Shown here: positions 10,311 to 20,681 of the stretch, one piece after another
Position numbering within the stretch: position 1 is the stretch's first letter
Layout of the letters: every line of letters begins with the position of its first letter
From: an uncultured Bacillota bacterium
GTDB lineage: Bacteria > Bacillota > DTU025 > MWDF01
Reading direction: 5' to 3'
Length of the DNA stretch: 64,000 bases
NCBI GenBank assembly: GCA_963823655.1
Contig: CAWGMK010000010.1
Coordinates: forward strand, 128,001-192,000
The notes under the pieces: model-generated
Databases searched by the model: none
The model's input: the letters and a program-made list of their open reading frames with translations, nothing else
Told to the model about the DNA's origin: nothing
Translations under genes and position numbers: made by a program

Positions 10311-10321
10311 GGGGCTAACAG

Positions 10322-10792
10322 ATGGTAAAGACAGTTGTATGCTACTCGCGCTCGGGGAAAACACTTAGAGCAGCGGAGGAACTGGCAAAAGGGCTTGGCG
10401 CAAGGTTAATCGAGATCAAGGAGGCGAACCCGAAGAAGGGCTTCTTCGGCTTCATGGAATGCGGCATGTACGCGACCTTCAGATGGCCGTCCAAAATCCT
10501 GCCTCTGGACCTGCCCGGCGAAAAGCCTTCTCTTACCGTAATATGCGGCCCGATATGGGCAGGTAAGATGTCCGCCCCCGTAAGGGCATTTCTTCTAAAA
10601 AACAAGGATAAGATCGATGATGTAGCCTACATCCTTACGCGCGGCGACCAGAAGAACGATTATTTGGGCGCGATGGACGAGATGGACTCCATATTGGGCA
10701 AGAGGAGGAAGGGCGGCTTGAGCCTTGCGGCTGATTTGCCCCCGACCGCTGTGGCGTCCAGGGTGAAGTCCTTCTCGGACAGCTTGAGATAG
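10322..10792 (+). CDS. flavodoxin-like protein
   Basis: YSRSGKT and GPIWAG...PVRAFL motifs. Confidence 0.85.
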   Translation: MVKTVVCYSRSGKTLRAAEELAKGLGARLIEIKEANPKKGFFGFMECGMYATFRWPSKILPLDLPGEKPSLTVICGPIWAGKMSAPVRAFLLKNKDKIDDVAYILTRGDQKNDYLGAMDEMDSILGKRRKGGLSLAADLPPTAVASRVKSFSDSLR

Positions 10793-11016
10793 GCTTATCT
10801 AAGCACAGTTGATAAGAGTTGGCCTCAGAAACTGCGCTGTGAAGCATGCCGGGTGTGTATAACGGCTTGCTTTTCGCGCCGCTTTTGGGCGTATCAACGA
10901 AAATTATCCGCTTCGAATATTTCGGCGCCTGTTTATTCGTTAAGTTATATGGCTTCGATTATCAAGAGGAACCTACAATGGTATAATATCTTGGTATGGA
11001 TCTTGGAGGTGCTAGT

Positions 11017-11874
11017 GTGGAAAACGAGGAGAAAGAGCTGAAGCCGGAAGTGCCCGTCGGCACAGAGGCAGAGGCTGTCCCTGAGAAGGTTTTGGATGAG
11101 GCCCATGAGGCAGAAGTCGTTGAGGTAGCAGTGCCGGAGGGCATAGAAGCCGAGGCGGACGAAACGGTCGCTGCCTGCGAGGCTAATCTGCAGGGTTCAT
11201 CCGAAGAGGGCGAGCAGGTCGTAGAACCAGCGGCCGATGTGGTAGAGCCAGTGCCGGCGAAGAAGGGAAAGGCTTTCATGTCCGTTGTCCTGGAGTATCT
11301 CCAATCGATAGTCATGGCGTTTTTGATCGCAATCGTGATAATGGCATTCCTGGGCCGCTCCTATATGGTTGAGGGGGCGTCCATGGAGCAGACTCTCTTC
11401 AACAACGAGAGGGTGCTGGTCGAGAAGGTCAGCTATTACGTAAGCTCACCTAAAAGAGGCGACATCGTCGTACTCATGAATCCCAGGCAGCAGAAGTACG
11501 GCAACTGGTTTTTGGACACATTCGGCTTCGTAAAGGACATATTCGTGGTCGACATGTCCACAAGGCCTTACATAAAAAGGATAATCGGCATCACGGGAGA
11601 TACCGTCGAGGTGAAATCGGGCAAGGCGTACCTGAACGGGGAAATGCTCGAAGAGCCATACGTTAGCGAGGAGATCTGGTGGGACTTCGGCCCCACTACG
11701 GTGCCCGAGGGCTATGTATTCGTAATGGGAGACAACCGCAACCACAGCGACGACAGCAGGGGCTCCGTCGGCTTCCTTGAGACCGGGCGCATCCTTGGCA
11801 AGGCGGTCGTGAGGTTCTGGCCTATCAACAAGATGACGGTTTTCACAAGGCCGGATGTATTGAAGAACAGATAA
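11017..11874 (+). CDS. lepB: signal peptidase I
   Basis: GASMEQT (catalytic Ser), YIKRIIG (Lys) and GDNRNHSDDSR; long acidic N-terminal extension. Confidence 0.95.
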   Translation: MENEEKELKPEVPVGTEAEAVPEKVLDEAHEAEVVEVAVPEGIEAEADETVAACEANLQGSSEEGEQVVEPAADVVEPVPAKKGKAFMSVVLEYLQSIVMAFLIAIVIMAFLGRSYMVEGASMEQTLFNNERVLVEKVSYYVSSPKRGDIVVLMNPRQQKYGNWFLDTFGFVKDIFVVDMSTRPYIKRIIGITGDTVEVKSGKAYLNGEMLEEPYVSEEIWWDFGPTTVPEGYVFVMGDNRNHSDDSRGSVGFLETGRILGKAVVRFWPINKMTVFTRPDVLKNR

Positions 11875-11891
11875 AGGCCCTTTTCAAATCC

Positions 11892-11922
11892 ACCGGCCCG
11901 ATTTATCTCGGGCCGGTTTTTT
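11892..11922 (+). terminator. intrinsic terminator
   Basis: ACCGGCCCGA...TCGGGCCGGT followed by a T-run. Confidence 0.8.
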
Positions 11923-11973
11923 CTTAGCTAGCATTACCGCATGTTAGAATACTGCTTGGAACGGGGTGTTTAC

Positions 11974-12720
11974 ATGGACTGTGCACTTATCGAGGCTCAG
12001 ATAGTCGAATGGCTAGGATCCAAGGCGGCGGAAGCCGGCAGCAAGGGCTTCGTCTTCGGCCTTTCCGGTGGAATTGATTCCGCGCTCGTCGCAGCCCTTG
12101 CCGCGAAGGCGATGAAGGGCAGCTGCCTCGGGCTAATTATGCCCTGCGATTCGCATCCTTTAGATGCAGAACATGCCGTGCTCGTTGCTGAGACATTCGG
12201 CATAAGCACCAAAATCGTAGACCTATCAAGCGCGCATAAAAGCCTTATGTCGGAGTTCAGAAGAGGCGCCGAAAAGGAGCCGTCCAGGCTTGCCGCGGCA
12301 AACCTGAAGCCCAGGCTGAGGATGGCCAGCCTCTACTTCTACGCCAATGAGCTCAACTATATGGTCCTTGGCACCGGCAACAGGAGCGAGTGGTATGTGG
12401 GCTACAGCACCAAGTACGGGGACGGCGGCGTAGATGTGCAGCCGATCATAGGCCTTCTCAAAACACAGGTGGCCGAACTTTCCAGGCACCTGGGAGTGCC
12501 GGAGGAGATAGTCACCAAGACACCCACGGCAGGGCTCTGGCAGGGCCAGACCGACGAGGGGGAGATGGGCTTCACATATGCCCAGCTGGACAGATACATC
12601 GCGACAGGTGTTGCCGACGATGAGGTTAAGGCGAAGATCGACAGGATGCACAGGGGTTCAAGGCACAAGTTCGCCCTGGCTCCGTCCCCGATAGAGCCCG
12701 AAAAGGGCATAATGCTTTAA
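11974..12720 (+). CDS. nadE: NH3-dependent NAD+ synthetase
   Basis: GLSGGIDS, NLKPRLRM, GYSTKYGDG and PTAGLWQGQTDE motifs. Confidence 0.96.
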   Translation: MDCALIEAQIVEWLGSKAAEAGSKGFVFGLSGGIDSALVAALAAKAMKGSCLGLIMPCDSHPLDAEHAVLVAETFGISTKIVDLSSAHKSLMSEFRRGAEKEPSRLAAANLKPRLRMASLYFYANELNYMVLGTGNRSEWYVGYSTKYGDGGVDVQPIIGLLKTQVAELSRHLGVPEEIVTKTPTAGLWQGQTDEGEMGFTYAQLDRYIATGVADDEVKAKIDRMHRGSRHKFALAPSPIEPEKGIML

Positions 12721-12730
12721 AGCAGGAGCT

Positions 12731-13303
12731 GTGTGCGAAAGTTGGCTCAAAATCCTGTGGAGGAAATTCATATCCGGCTTTGGCGTCTACGACCTTGTGG
12801 TCATAGGCTTCATAGCAGCGCTGGGGATTGCCGCCAAAAGCGTCATAGGCCCCCTTGCCCATCTTGTGACTGTGCCCATCGGCATACCCGGCGGTGCGCT
12901 TGCAGGTGGCTTCTATATGCTCTGGCTGGTGCTGGCAAGGGCTTTTACGGCAAAGAGAGGGGCGGCCCTTCTGGCGGCGCTCGTACAGGCGATAATAGTG
13001 CTTATAACAGGCTCGTTCGGCTCCCACGGGGCGCTGACCCTGCTGACCTATACTCTGCCCGGCTTGGCGTGCGAGCTAGCCATGCTCCCGTACAGCCCGG
13101 ATGGCGACGGCAAGCTGTTGTGGTGCAGCCTTGGCGGGATCGCGGCGAACCTTACTGGCGTTGTTGCGTCCAACATAGCGTTTTTCAGGCTGCCTGCCCT
13201 GGCTCTGGCGCTCATGGCGGCAACGGCCGCGTTCTCGGGTGCGGCGGGGGGAGCCGCGGCATACGCGGCAACGACAAAGCTCAAGGCCGTTCTGGGTAGA
13301 TGA
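12731..13303 (+). CDS. ECF transporter S (substrate-specific) component
   Basis: About 190 aa, very hydrophobic; GIPGGALAGGFYMLW and GSFGSHG segments; in an operon with two ATPases and EcfT. Confidence 0.8.
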   Translation: MCESWLKILWRKFISGFGVYDLVVIGFIAALGIAAKSVIGPLAHLVTVPIGIPGGALAGGFYMLWLVLARAFTAKRGAALLAALVQAIIVLITGSFGSHGALTLLTYTLPGLACELAMLPYSPDGDGKLLWCSLGGIAANLTGVVASNIAFFRLPALALALMAATAAFSGAAGGAAAYAATTKLKAVLGR

Positions 13304-13319
13304 TGACTGGAGGAATAAG

Positions 13320-13835
13320 ATGAAAAGCAAGGACAGGCTGGCAATAGGCATCATAGTCCTCTTCGGGCTGGTTATGGTGGTACTCGGCGCCGTGAATTCC
13401 TGCGCAACCGACCAGAAGCTTGAAGGGGCGCTGGAAATATATCTTAACGGGGAGAAAGTCGCCACATTGAGCGCGGCTGACCTGTCAGCCCTGAAAAGCT
13501 CCACATTCAAGGCCGTTATAAGAAGCTCTAGCGAGGGCACGAGCGAGGCCGAGTTCACCGGCGTGCTCGTCTACGATATCGCGGCAAAGGCGGTTCCGAG
13601 CATCGCGGACGGCTTCAAGGCGATAATCGTAAAGGCGGAGGACGGCTACCAGACGGTGTTGAGCAAGGATGAGGCGCTGCTTAAGGACAATGCTTACATC
13701 TGCTTTCTCATGAACGGGGCCCCTATAAAAGGCAAGCTGCAGAAGGGCCACGGACCTTTGCGCCTGATCATCCGCAATGACGAGTTTGGCCAGCGCTGGG
13801 TGAAGTACGTAAACAGGATCGAGATAAGAAAGTGA
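13320..13835 (+). CDS. membrane-anchored molybdopterin-binding (sulfite-oxidase-like) domain protein
   Basis: N-terminal TM helix; FTGV.V, AEDGYQT, MNGAP and GPLRLII...RWVKYVNRIEI motifs. Confidence 0.75.
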   Translation: MKSKDRLAIGIIVLFGLVMVVLGAVNSCATDQKLEGALEIYLNGEKVATLSAADLSALKSSTFKAVIRSSSEGTSEAEFTGVLVYDIAAKAVPSIADGFKAIIVKAEDGYQTVLSKDEALLKDNAYICFLMNGAPIKGKLQKGHGPLRLIIRNDEFGQRWVKYVNRIEIRK

Positions 13836-14518
13836 GCGTGCTGGCGCTGCACGGCATCAGCTTTCGCTACAAGTCGGCTAAAAAGCCGATATTGTGCGGG
13901 CTTGATCTCGTTTTGGAGCGCGGCGAGTGCGTAATGGTCTCAGGGCCGTCAGGGGGCGGAAAAAGCACGCTATGCCTTATAGCTTCCACCATAATCCCCA
14001 CAAGGATTGCAGGCGAGCTTGCCGGAAGCGCCGAGCTGATGGGCGAAAGCACAGCCAAGCTGGGCCCGGCGGGGGCCTCGCATCACCTGGCGTTCGTAAT
14101 GCAAGAACCTGAATACTCTATGATAATGCCCACTGTGGAAGAGGAGCTGGCCTTCGGCCTGGAGAGCAGGAGCTGGCCTGCCGGCGAGATCTCAGCTCGC
14201 GTTGAGGAGCTCATCGAGGCCTTCGGGCTTGGTTCGCTTCTGGGAAGGAATCCCGTGAAGCTCTCCGGCGGGGAGAAGCAGGCAGTGGCAATCGCCGCGG
14301 CAATCGCCCCGAAGCCCACCCTTCTTATCCTAGATGAGGCCTTCTCCGGCCTGGACAACGAGAGATACGCCCTTGCCCAGGTACAGATTAAGAAGCTGAA
14401 GGATGAAGGCTCGGCAATGCTTCTGGTTGAACACACCGCCAATGGCAGAAGCGTTCATTCATGGGTGGACAGGCAGCTGCTGCTTGAAGGCGGATTGCTG
14501 GCGGAGGTGGCGCGGTGA
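13832..14518 (+). CDS. ecfA: ECF transporter ATP-binding protein
   Basis: GPSGGGKST, QEPE, LSGGEKQ and LILDE motifs. Confidence 0.9.
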   Translation: MSVLALHGISFRYKSAKKPILCGLDLVLERGECVMVSGPSGGGKSTLCLIASTIIPTRIAGELAGSAELMGESTAKLGPAGASHHLAFVMQEPEYSMIMPTVEEELAFGLESRSWPAGEISARVEELIEAFGLGSLLGRNPVKLSGGEKQAVAIAAAIAPKPTLLILDEAFSGLDNERYALAQVQIKKLKDEGSAMLLVEHTANGRSVHSWVDRQLLLEGGLLAEVAR

Positions 14519-15193
14519 AGGAAGTAAGATTCGATGCCGTGCATTACTCCTATCCTCCCGACAGGAACGGGGAGCCTGGCAGGAAGGTGTTCTCAGGGCT
14601 CACCATTGAGCTTGAGCCGGGAAATGTGTACGTAATGACCGGGCCAAATGGCAGCGGGAAGAGCACCTTGGCAAGGCTTATGGCAGGCATAATTCATCCG
14701 GATGAGGGCAAGGTTTCAATCGGCGGCAAGGATGTTTTGGCATTGAGCCTTCCTGAGGTAGGCAGGTCGGTAGGGCTCGTGATGCAGGATCCCTCAAGGC
14801 AGCTTATCATGCAGAAGCCCGCGGATGAGATAGCATTCGGGCTAGTCCACAACGGAACTGGGAGGGAAGAGGCCCTTAAGATCGCCGAGAAGGTGCTTGA
14901 AGAGTACTGCTTGACGCGGGGCGTCAGGGACGTTTACCCAGAGGCTGTCTAAGGGCGAGCAGGTTAGGCTGGCGATGGCATCTGTCGCGGCGCTCAATCC
15001 CGACTGGCTGGTACTGGATGAGTCTTTCGCAAGCCTAGATTCCGGCACAAGCAGCATAATCATGGCCAAGCTCAGGCAGATGGTGCAAAAAGGAGCCGGC
15101 GCGCTGGTCATATCCCACTCCGGGCTTATCTTAGAAGAGCTTAAGGGCATAAGGATAGATATGCAGAAGGGGGGCGCGGCGCTTGTGGGCTGA
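14515..15193 (+). CDS. ecfA: ECF transporter ATP-binding protein (frameshift near 14940)
   Basis: GPNGSGKST and QDPSRQ in the first ORF; LSKGEQ and LVLDE in another frame. Confidence 0.85.
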
Positions 15194-15914
15194 TATCGAC
15201 CCCAGGCCGAAGCTTTTTGCGGCCCTGTGCCTGTCCTCCATGGCCCTGATGGCAAGGCAGGCGGGCTCCTCGATCCTGCTTCTGCTGCTTAGCATCGCTG
15301 CATTCATGGCCTTCGGCGTGGATCTGCGAAGGCCGGCAAAGGCTCTGGTGCGCCTCGCCCCTGTGTTGATGACAGTTGCCCTTATCCAGATACTGCTCAT
15401 CAAAAGCGGGGATGTGCTGGTGAGCGCAGGCGTCATCCGGATCGTCACGACAGGCGGGCTGAGAGCTGCGCTGTTCATGGCCGTAAGAGTGGGAGTCATC
15501 GCAAGTTGCGGCTTTATCATAGGAAGCATAGGCTTTTCGGATTTTCTTCTGGCGATGAAGGCGATAAGGGTGCCTTACGAGCTGTCATTCATTTCAGCGA
15601 TGGGTGCGAAGCTTCTTCCACTTCTGGCTGAGCAGATGAAGGATTCTCTGGTATCGGCACAGCTCAGAGGCGCAAATTTATCTAAGATGGGGCTTATGGC
15701 CAGGTTCAGGCTTTACACCGATGTGCTGATGCCCGCCACAGTGACTTCGATAATGAGGGCTGAGCAGATATCCTGGTCGCTGGAGCTGAAAGGTTTCGAT
15801 CCGGGCAAGCCCCGCACATACTGGCGCAGGCTTGACATGTCTACGGGGGATTGGTTGGTCTTTCCCGCCTGCCTGATTGCCATTGGCGCGTTTCTGATTT
15901 TGAATTATGCCTGA
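15183..15914 (+). CDS. ecfT: ECF transporter transmembrane component T
   Basis: IDPRPKL start; AQLRG and LELKGF conserved positions. Confidence 0.9.
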   Translation: MWADIDPRPKLFAALCLSSMALMARQAGSSILLLLLSIAAFMAFGVDLRRPAKALVRLAPVLMTVALIQILLIKSGDVLVSAGVIRIVTTGGLRAALFMAVRVGVIASCGFIIGSIGFSDFLLAMKAIRVPYELSFISAMGAKLLPLLAEQMKDSLVSAQLRGANLSKMGLMARFRLYTDVLMPATVTSIMRAEQISWSLELKGFDPGKPRTYWRRLDMSTGDWLVFPACLIAIGAFLILNYA

Positions 15915-15926
15915 TAGGAGGCCATC

Positions 15927-16439
15927 ATGAAAGTTTTTGCCGTATCCGGTCTTCATGGCACAGGGAAGACCACCGTTGTGGAAAACTTGGTCAGGGAGCT
16001 CTCTTCAAGAGGGCTAAGAGTCGGCACGGTCAAGGATATACATTATGAGGGCTTCTCTATGGACAAGGAGGGCACCAATACCTGGAGGCACATGCAAGCG
16101 GGAGCCTGCATGGTGGCGGCCCGCGGGCTCAGGGAGACCGATTTTCTTATACCCGCCAGATTGGCCATGGCCGACATCGTCCGGAAGTTCGACACCGACG
16201 TTGTCATAATCGAGGGGGGACATGAGGAGGATTACCCGAGGATTACATGTGCCACGATGCCTGAGGACGCCGATTTGAGAATAGATGCACGTACCTTCGC
16301 AATATCGGGTTGCCTTGCCGAATGCATGGCGGAATATCGAGGTTTCAGGGTGTTCAATTGCCTGATCGAGGCAGGGCTACTTGCCGACCTGGCGCTTGCC
16401 TCATCGCTTGAGCTTGGCACTAAGGGAAGCGAAGTATGA
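15927..16439 (+). CDS. mobB: molybdopterin-guanine dinucleotide biosynthesis protein B
   Basis: GLHGTGKTT, VGTVKDIH, DKEGTNTWRHMQAGA and IIEG motifs. Confidence 0.88.
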   Translation: MKVFAVSGLHGTGKTTVVENLVRELSSRGLRVGTVKDIHYEGFSMDKEGTNTWRHMQAGACMVAARGLRETDFLIPARLAMADIVRKFDTDVVIIEGGHEEDYPRITCATMPEDADLRIDARTFAISGCLAECMAEYRGFRVFNCLIEAGLLADLALASSLELGTKGSEV

Positions 16440-17270
16440 GGGCCGACGCGATTGATTTGAAGATTGCGCCTCTGGCCGGGGCTGTCGTTAGCGTGATGGC
16501 CGAAGCGGATGGCAGGATATCCAGCGAGGAGGCGCTTTCGGTACTTCCCGGCTTCGAAGGGGCTTTCAGGCTCAATTCGAGGAAAGGCACCTGCTTTGAG
16601 ATTAGGTTTGCCGGTTCGCCGTCAATCTTCGCCAAGTTCCTGGAAAATGAGCAGAAGGCGGAGAATGAGAGAGTTTGCGCAAGGCTCCTTAACGATTGCG
16701 GCATCAGCTGCCCGGCGGTGCTGGCAAGATCCGGCAAAGCGATCGCAAGGCGCTTCATAGAGGGGAATACGGCATCGGACGAGCTGGATACGATACAGTC
16801 CTGGGGCGATTGCCCGGCTGCGCTAAAACTGTGCGGCAAGATAGGCGGCATGTTGCGCCAGGTGCATGGGATAAGCACTGAATGAAGCAGCGTCGTTGGC
16901 ACTTAACGATTTGAATTTGAAGAACTTCATTGTATCCCGAAGAGGAGAGCTGAGCCTCATAGACCTCGAGGATGCGGGCGTTGGGCAGGCAGCGGTGGAC
17001 CTGGGGGCGCTTATAGTGCACATCCTGACCCACAGGCCGAGCTTCTCGGAGCTCTCCTGGCAGATGGCCGAGGCCGCCTTCGATGGTTATTGCGGCCCTA
17101 CAGGCCCCGATTTCGGCCTCGAGGAGTGGAAGGAAGGCCTGGATACTGCAATCAGGGATGCATCCATTAGGAGGAAAGACCCGACTCTTGTAGAACAAAT
17201 GCCGGGGATACTTGCGCGCGCATCAGAATGGAGACTGCCAAAAAGCGAAGGGAGCCGGTTGACGCGATGA
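16436..17270 (+). CDS. aminoglycoside-phosphotransferase/kinase-like protein (frameshift near 16880)
   Basis: AKF...E, LRQVHG, NDLNLKNF and LIDLED kinase motifs split across two frames. Confidence 0.7.
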
Positions 17271-17812
17271 AGGCCAAGGAGCTTACGCTCGGTGCTCTTT
17301 TCACGGCCCTGATGATAGCGGGGGCTTACATCGCCTTGCCGACCCCTCTCCTGCCTGTGACATTTCAGCCGTTTTTCAGCGTGCTTGCAGGCTCGATATT
17401 AGGGCCCAAGCTAGGTAGCATGTCTGTTGCGGCATATATTGCGATCGGCCTTGCCGGAGTACCCGTATTCGCGGGCTTCACAGGAGGCATCGGCAAAGTG
17501 CTTTCGCCTTCATTCGGTTTCATACTGGGCTTTTTCGGAGCGGCCTTAATCACGGGCGCAATGCTCAATAAAAAGGAGGCCACTTTTAGAAGTGTGGCGC
17601 TGGCTTCCACCGCCGGCATCCTCGCAATATACCTGATAGGTGTGCCATACATGTATGGCGTTTTCACGCTTGTGTCCGGCAAGGATGTGACTTTTACCGC
17701 GGTCGCGATTTCTATGGTGCCGTTCTTCATTAAGGATCTGGTACTTTCATTGGCTGCAGCTGGCCTTGCGGTTAGGCTCATACCTGTCGCCAGGATGGCA
17801 GTCAGGTCCTGA
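17267..17812 (+). CDS. bioY: biotin ECF S component
   Basis: PVTFQ, GLAGVPVFAG and SPSFGFILGF motifs. Confidence 0.92.
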   Translation: MKAKELTLGALFTALMIAGAYIALPTPLLPVTFQPFFSVLAGSILGPKLGSMSVAAYIAIGLAGVPVFAGFTGGIGKVLSPSFGFILGFFGAALITGAMLNKKEATFRSVALASTAGILAIYLIGVPYMYGVFTLVSGKDVTFTAVAISMVPFFIKDLVLSLAAAGLAVRLIPVARMAVRS

Positions 17813-17837
17813 TTCCCGCCCCCGTTCAAGAAGGCGT

Positions 17838-18464
17838 TTAGGCCTTCGCAACATTGCCCTGTTTCTTCAGTGGGAGCGTTATGCCCATATAGATCATCAC
17901 ACACCCTACTATTACGCTAAGGGCTTTGATTACGCCGTCCGGCAGGAAACCCTTCATGAAGCCTCCCAGAACCGCCACAAGGCCCAGTGAAAGGGCCGTG
18001 GACAGGGCGCAACCGATGCCGAAGTATACCAGCTGGGCGCCCGAAAGGCGCTCTTTTGCCACTTGCGAGGAGAAGACCCCTCCCCAGAAGATTATGGTAA
18101 GCGGATTGGATGCGGTAAGCAGGAAGCCGCGCATAAAGTTGCCACCTGCGGATGACTCTTTGAACAGCGCGATTTTGGGCAGCAAGGAATAGCCGAAGGC
18201 GCCAGCTAACGCATCAGCGCCGAATGCTATCAGCACAAGCCCGCCGAATAGCAATAGCGCTTTCCGGACCGAGTCCTTCTTAAGGAAAGCGGCCATCCCG
18301 AAGCCGGCAAGGGTTATGTAGATGGCGTCAACGAGAGTAATCGATGCCATAACGACCAGCCCGGGGATTATTCCCTCTTTGCTTGAAGTGTTGAAGACCA
18401 GCAGGCACATTGGGCCCACTACAAGCTGCAGCAGCATACCGAATTTCAAGCCGCGAAGTATCAT
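17838..18464 (-). CDS. LysE family translocator
   Basis: VGPMCL and GFLLTASNPLTIIFW motifs. Confidence 0.9.
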   Translation of the reverse strand: MILRGLKFGMLLQLVVGPMCLLVFNTSSKEGIIPGLVVMASITLVDAIYITLAGFGMAAFLKKDSVRKALLLFGGLVLIAFGADALAGAFGYSLLPKIALFKESSAGGNFMRGFLLTASNPLTIIFWGGVFSSQVAKERLSGAQLVYFGIGCALSTALSLGLVAVLGGFMKGFLPDGVIKALSVIVGCVMIYMGITLPLKKQGNVAKA

Positions 18465-18513
18465 GAATTACCTTCCATCCGCATATTTGCCCATTTAGGA
18501 TTTCAGGGCAGTG

Positions 18514-19245
18514 CTATCTACCAGAAAGCTTTAATATCGCCTCTTCCATTTTCAAAGCATCATACCACGACTGCCTCAAGATTACCGTACCGTCCTTGCC
18601 TATTAGATAGGCGATGTTCGGCGCGGGCCCGTAAGTGAACCAGACGGGGTTGTCGAACTCATCTACAAGAACCGGTATGCGGATATGGGACTCCTCGATG
18701 GTCTTTTTGGCAAGTGAGACCCTTTGATCGTAACTTTGCGGCTGAAGAACCGGGGCGCCATTCTCGTCCTTGCTGAAAGCAGCCGGCCACTCCTTGGTCG
18801 AATATGGGCTTACAGAGCCTACAGGATGGGCCTCTATTGTGTAGATGATCAGGAAGTGTGCAATGTCCTTGAACTTCCCGTGAAGCTTGTCTGTGGCAGC
18901 CAACCGCTGCCTGAAGGGCGGTCAGGTGAAAGAGCCTATGATCAGGACGACAGGCTTTTCGGAAAGCAGGTCCGATAATGTGTGGCTTACACCCTCAGTG
19001 TCCTTCAAAGTGAAATCGACCGCCATTTGAGCCTGTGCGATGCCGACCCTGGAAAATGACGCCTGCCCCGGAAGCGGCAAGCCCCTTAGGAGCACCCCGG
19101 GCAATGAAGGCGAAATGCCTGCTTCTTTGCCAATCAAAAGGCCGGCAAAAGCGGGACCTGGCAGAAGAAGGCATACGGCAGAGGCCAGCGCCGCTACAAG
19201 CAGCAATCGGAATATCCACATTGAAGAAACCCTTCGCGCTTTCAT
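18514..19245 (-). CDS. iodothyronine-deiodinase-like thioredoxin-fold selenoprotein (Sec at UGA 18922-18924)
   Basis: Two ORFs join in frame: DFTLKD...KPVVLIIGSFT-UGA-PPFRQR...FLIIYTIEAHP...LVDEFDN...YGPAPN. Hydrophobic N-terminus; GGAGG RBS before ATG at 19245. Confidence 0.88.
18895..18911 (-). promoter_or_regulatory. bacterial SECIS-like hairpin
   Basis: mRNA GGCAGC-GGUUG-GCUGCC, a perfect 6-bp stem beginning 10 nt 3' of the in-frame UGA. Confidence 0.7.
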
Positions 19246-19309
19246 ATTGACCCCTCCCGTTTGATTATCTTTGAGTAGCATAATTCTTTACTTGACTGCA
19301 AATGCCCCG

Positions 19310-20582
19310 CTAAAGTCCTAATGAGGCCCTCATCTTGCCGAAAAGAGCCGTGTTATCGTAGTAGCCTTGGAAAAGACCTTCGCCTGGCCCCCGGGCGCTT
19401 ACGACTACGGGCACTGCCGTGTGCGAGCTGGTCCCCCAGGAGATGTTGGCCCTTGCCGATACCATCCTGCCGATCTCCCTTGCCGGATCGGAGGACGCGG
19501 CGATTAGCTCCATGCCGTCGCCCTCAGTATGGCTCAGATGAGCCTGCGAAGACAGAATTGAATATAGGCTGCTCCAGTCCGAGGCGGCATCGGCTGCCAT
19601 TTGGGATGCGCTGGAGCGCACGCTCTTCAGATATGGAATTCCGATCTTGTAGCCGGCCGCGGCCCCCAAGGAGAGCCCGCCGGTCTCGTGGTCGGCTGCG
19701 ACTATCACCAAAGTGTCGCCACGGGTACGCGCATAGTCAAGGCAAACGGCAACAGCTTCGTCGGTTGACAGCATCTCCGCTAATGCGCCTGCCGCGTCGT
19801 TATCGTGCGACATCCGGTCTACCGCACCCGATTCCACAAGCAACATGAACGGCTTATCGGATTCTTCCAGCAGGGCAAGCCCCTCCTTGAGCATGTCAGT
19901 GAGCCTGGCCTCATCCTTCTGCCTGTCAATTTCCGGGGTGAGCTCCTCGTCCGCGAGAAGGCAGATGGCGGGTAAGCTGGCGGAAGCCCTTAAAGAGGGG
20001 AGGCTGTAGTAAAATGCGGGTCCCTTCCTTTGAGCAGGCTCGCCTTTATCCGCATTGTCCGATGCCGGCTTTATATAGGACCTGCCGCCGCCGATCATTA
20101 AGTCTATGCCCGATGAGAGCAGCTGGGTCGATATGTTCTTCTTGGCAGTGCGGTCGAACTCGCTTGCGTACATGGCGGCGCACGTTGCGTCGTACAATGC
20201 CGATGTCGTAATTATGCCGGTATTCATGCCTTTGGCCTCTGCCAGCTCCATGATGCTGGTAAGCTCGTCCAGCTCCTTGTCGTAACCCAAGACGCCGTTG
20301 TAGGTCTTCTTTCCGCAGAACATGGCGGTGGCCGAGGCGGCAGAGTCGGTGATGTCCAAATCGACGCTAGACGTCAGCATAAGCCCAATAAAAGGCATGT
20401 TGTTCATGACAAGCCCTTTGTCCAAAGCAAGCTCCCCGAGCTGCCTGTGGGAAGGTCCCATGCCGTCCACTATGAAGATGATGAGATTTCCTGGCGGGGG
20501 CGGCCGAGTAAACTGCACCAGAAAGGATCATAAGGCCCGCCAGCAACGTCAGGAATATGCGGAAAAGGGTACTTTTGCGCAT
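19310..20582 (-). CDS. phoA: alkaline phosphatase (signal peptide in a different frame; frameshift near 20490)
   Basis: IVDGMG, ITDSAASATA, VESGAVDRMSHDND, ADHETGG and HTAVPV motifs. Confidence 0.9.
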
Positions 20583-20681
20583 CGCTGCCTCCCGGCTTGT
20601 AATAGCCTGATTTTACACCAATGGAGGCGAATCCAAATACCCTCATGTTATAATCCCCTCTGAAGGGAAGGTAATGAAACA

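Noticed and set aside
16875-16900. TGA ending the first kinase ORF as possible read-through
   Set aside because: The downstream half is in a different frame, so this is an indel rather than recoding.
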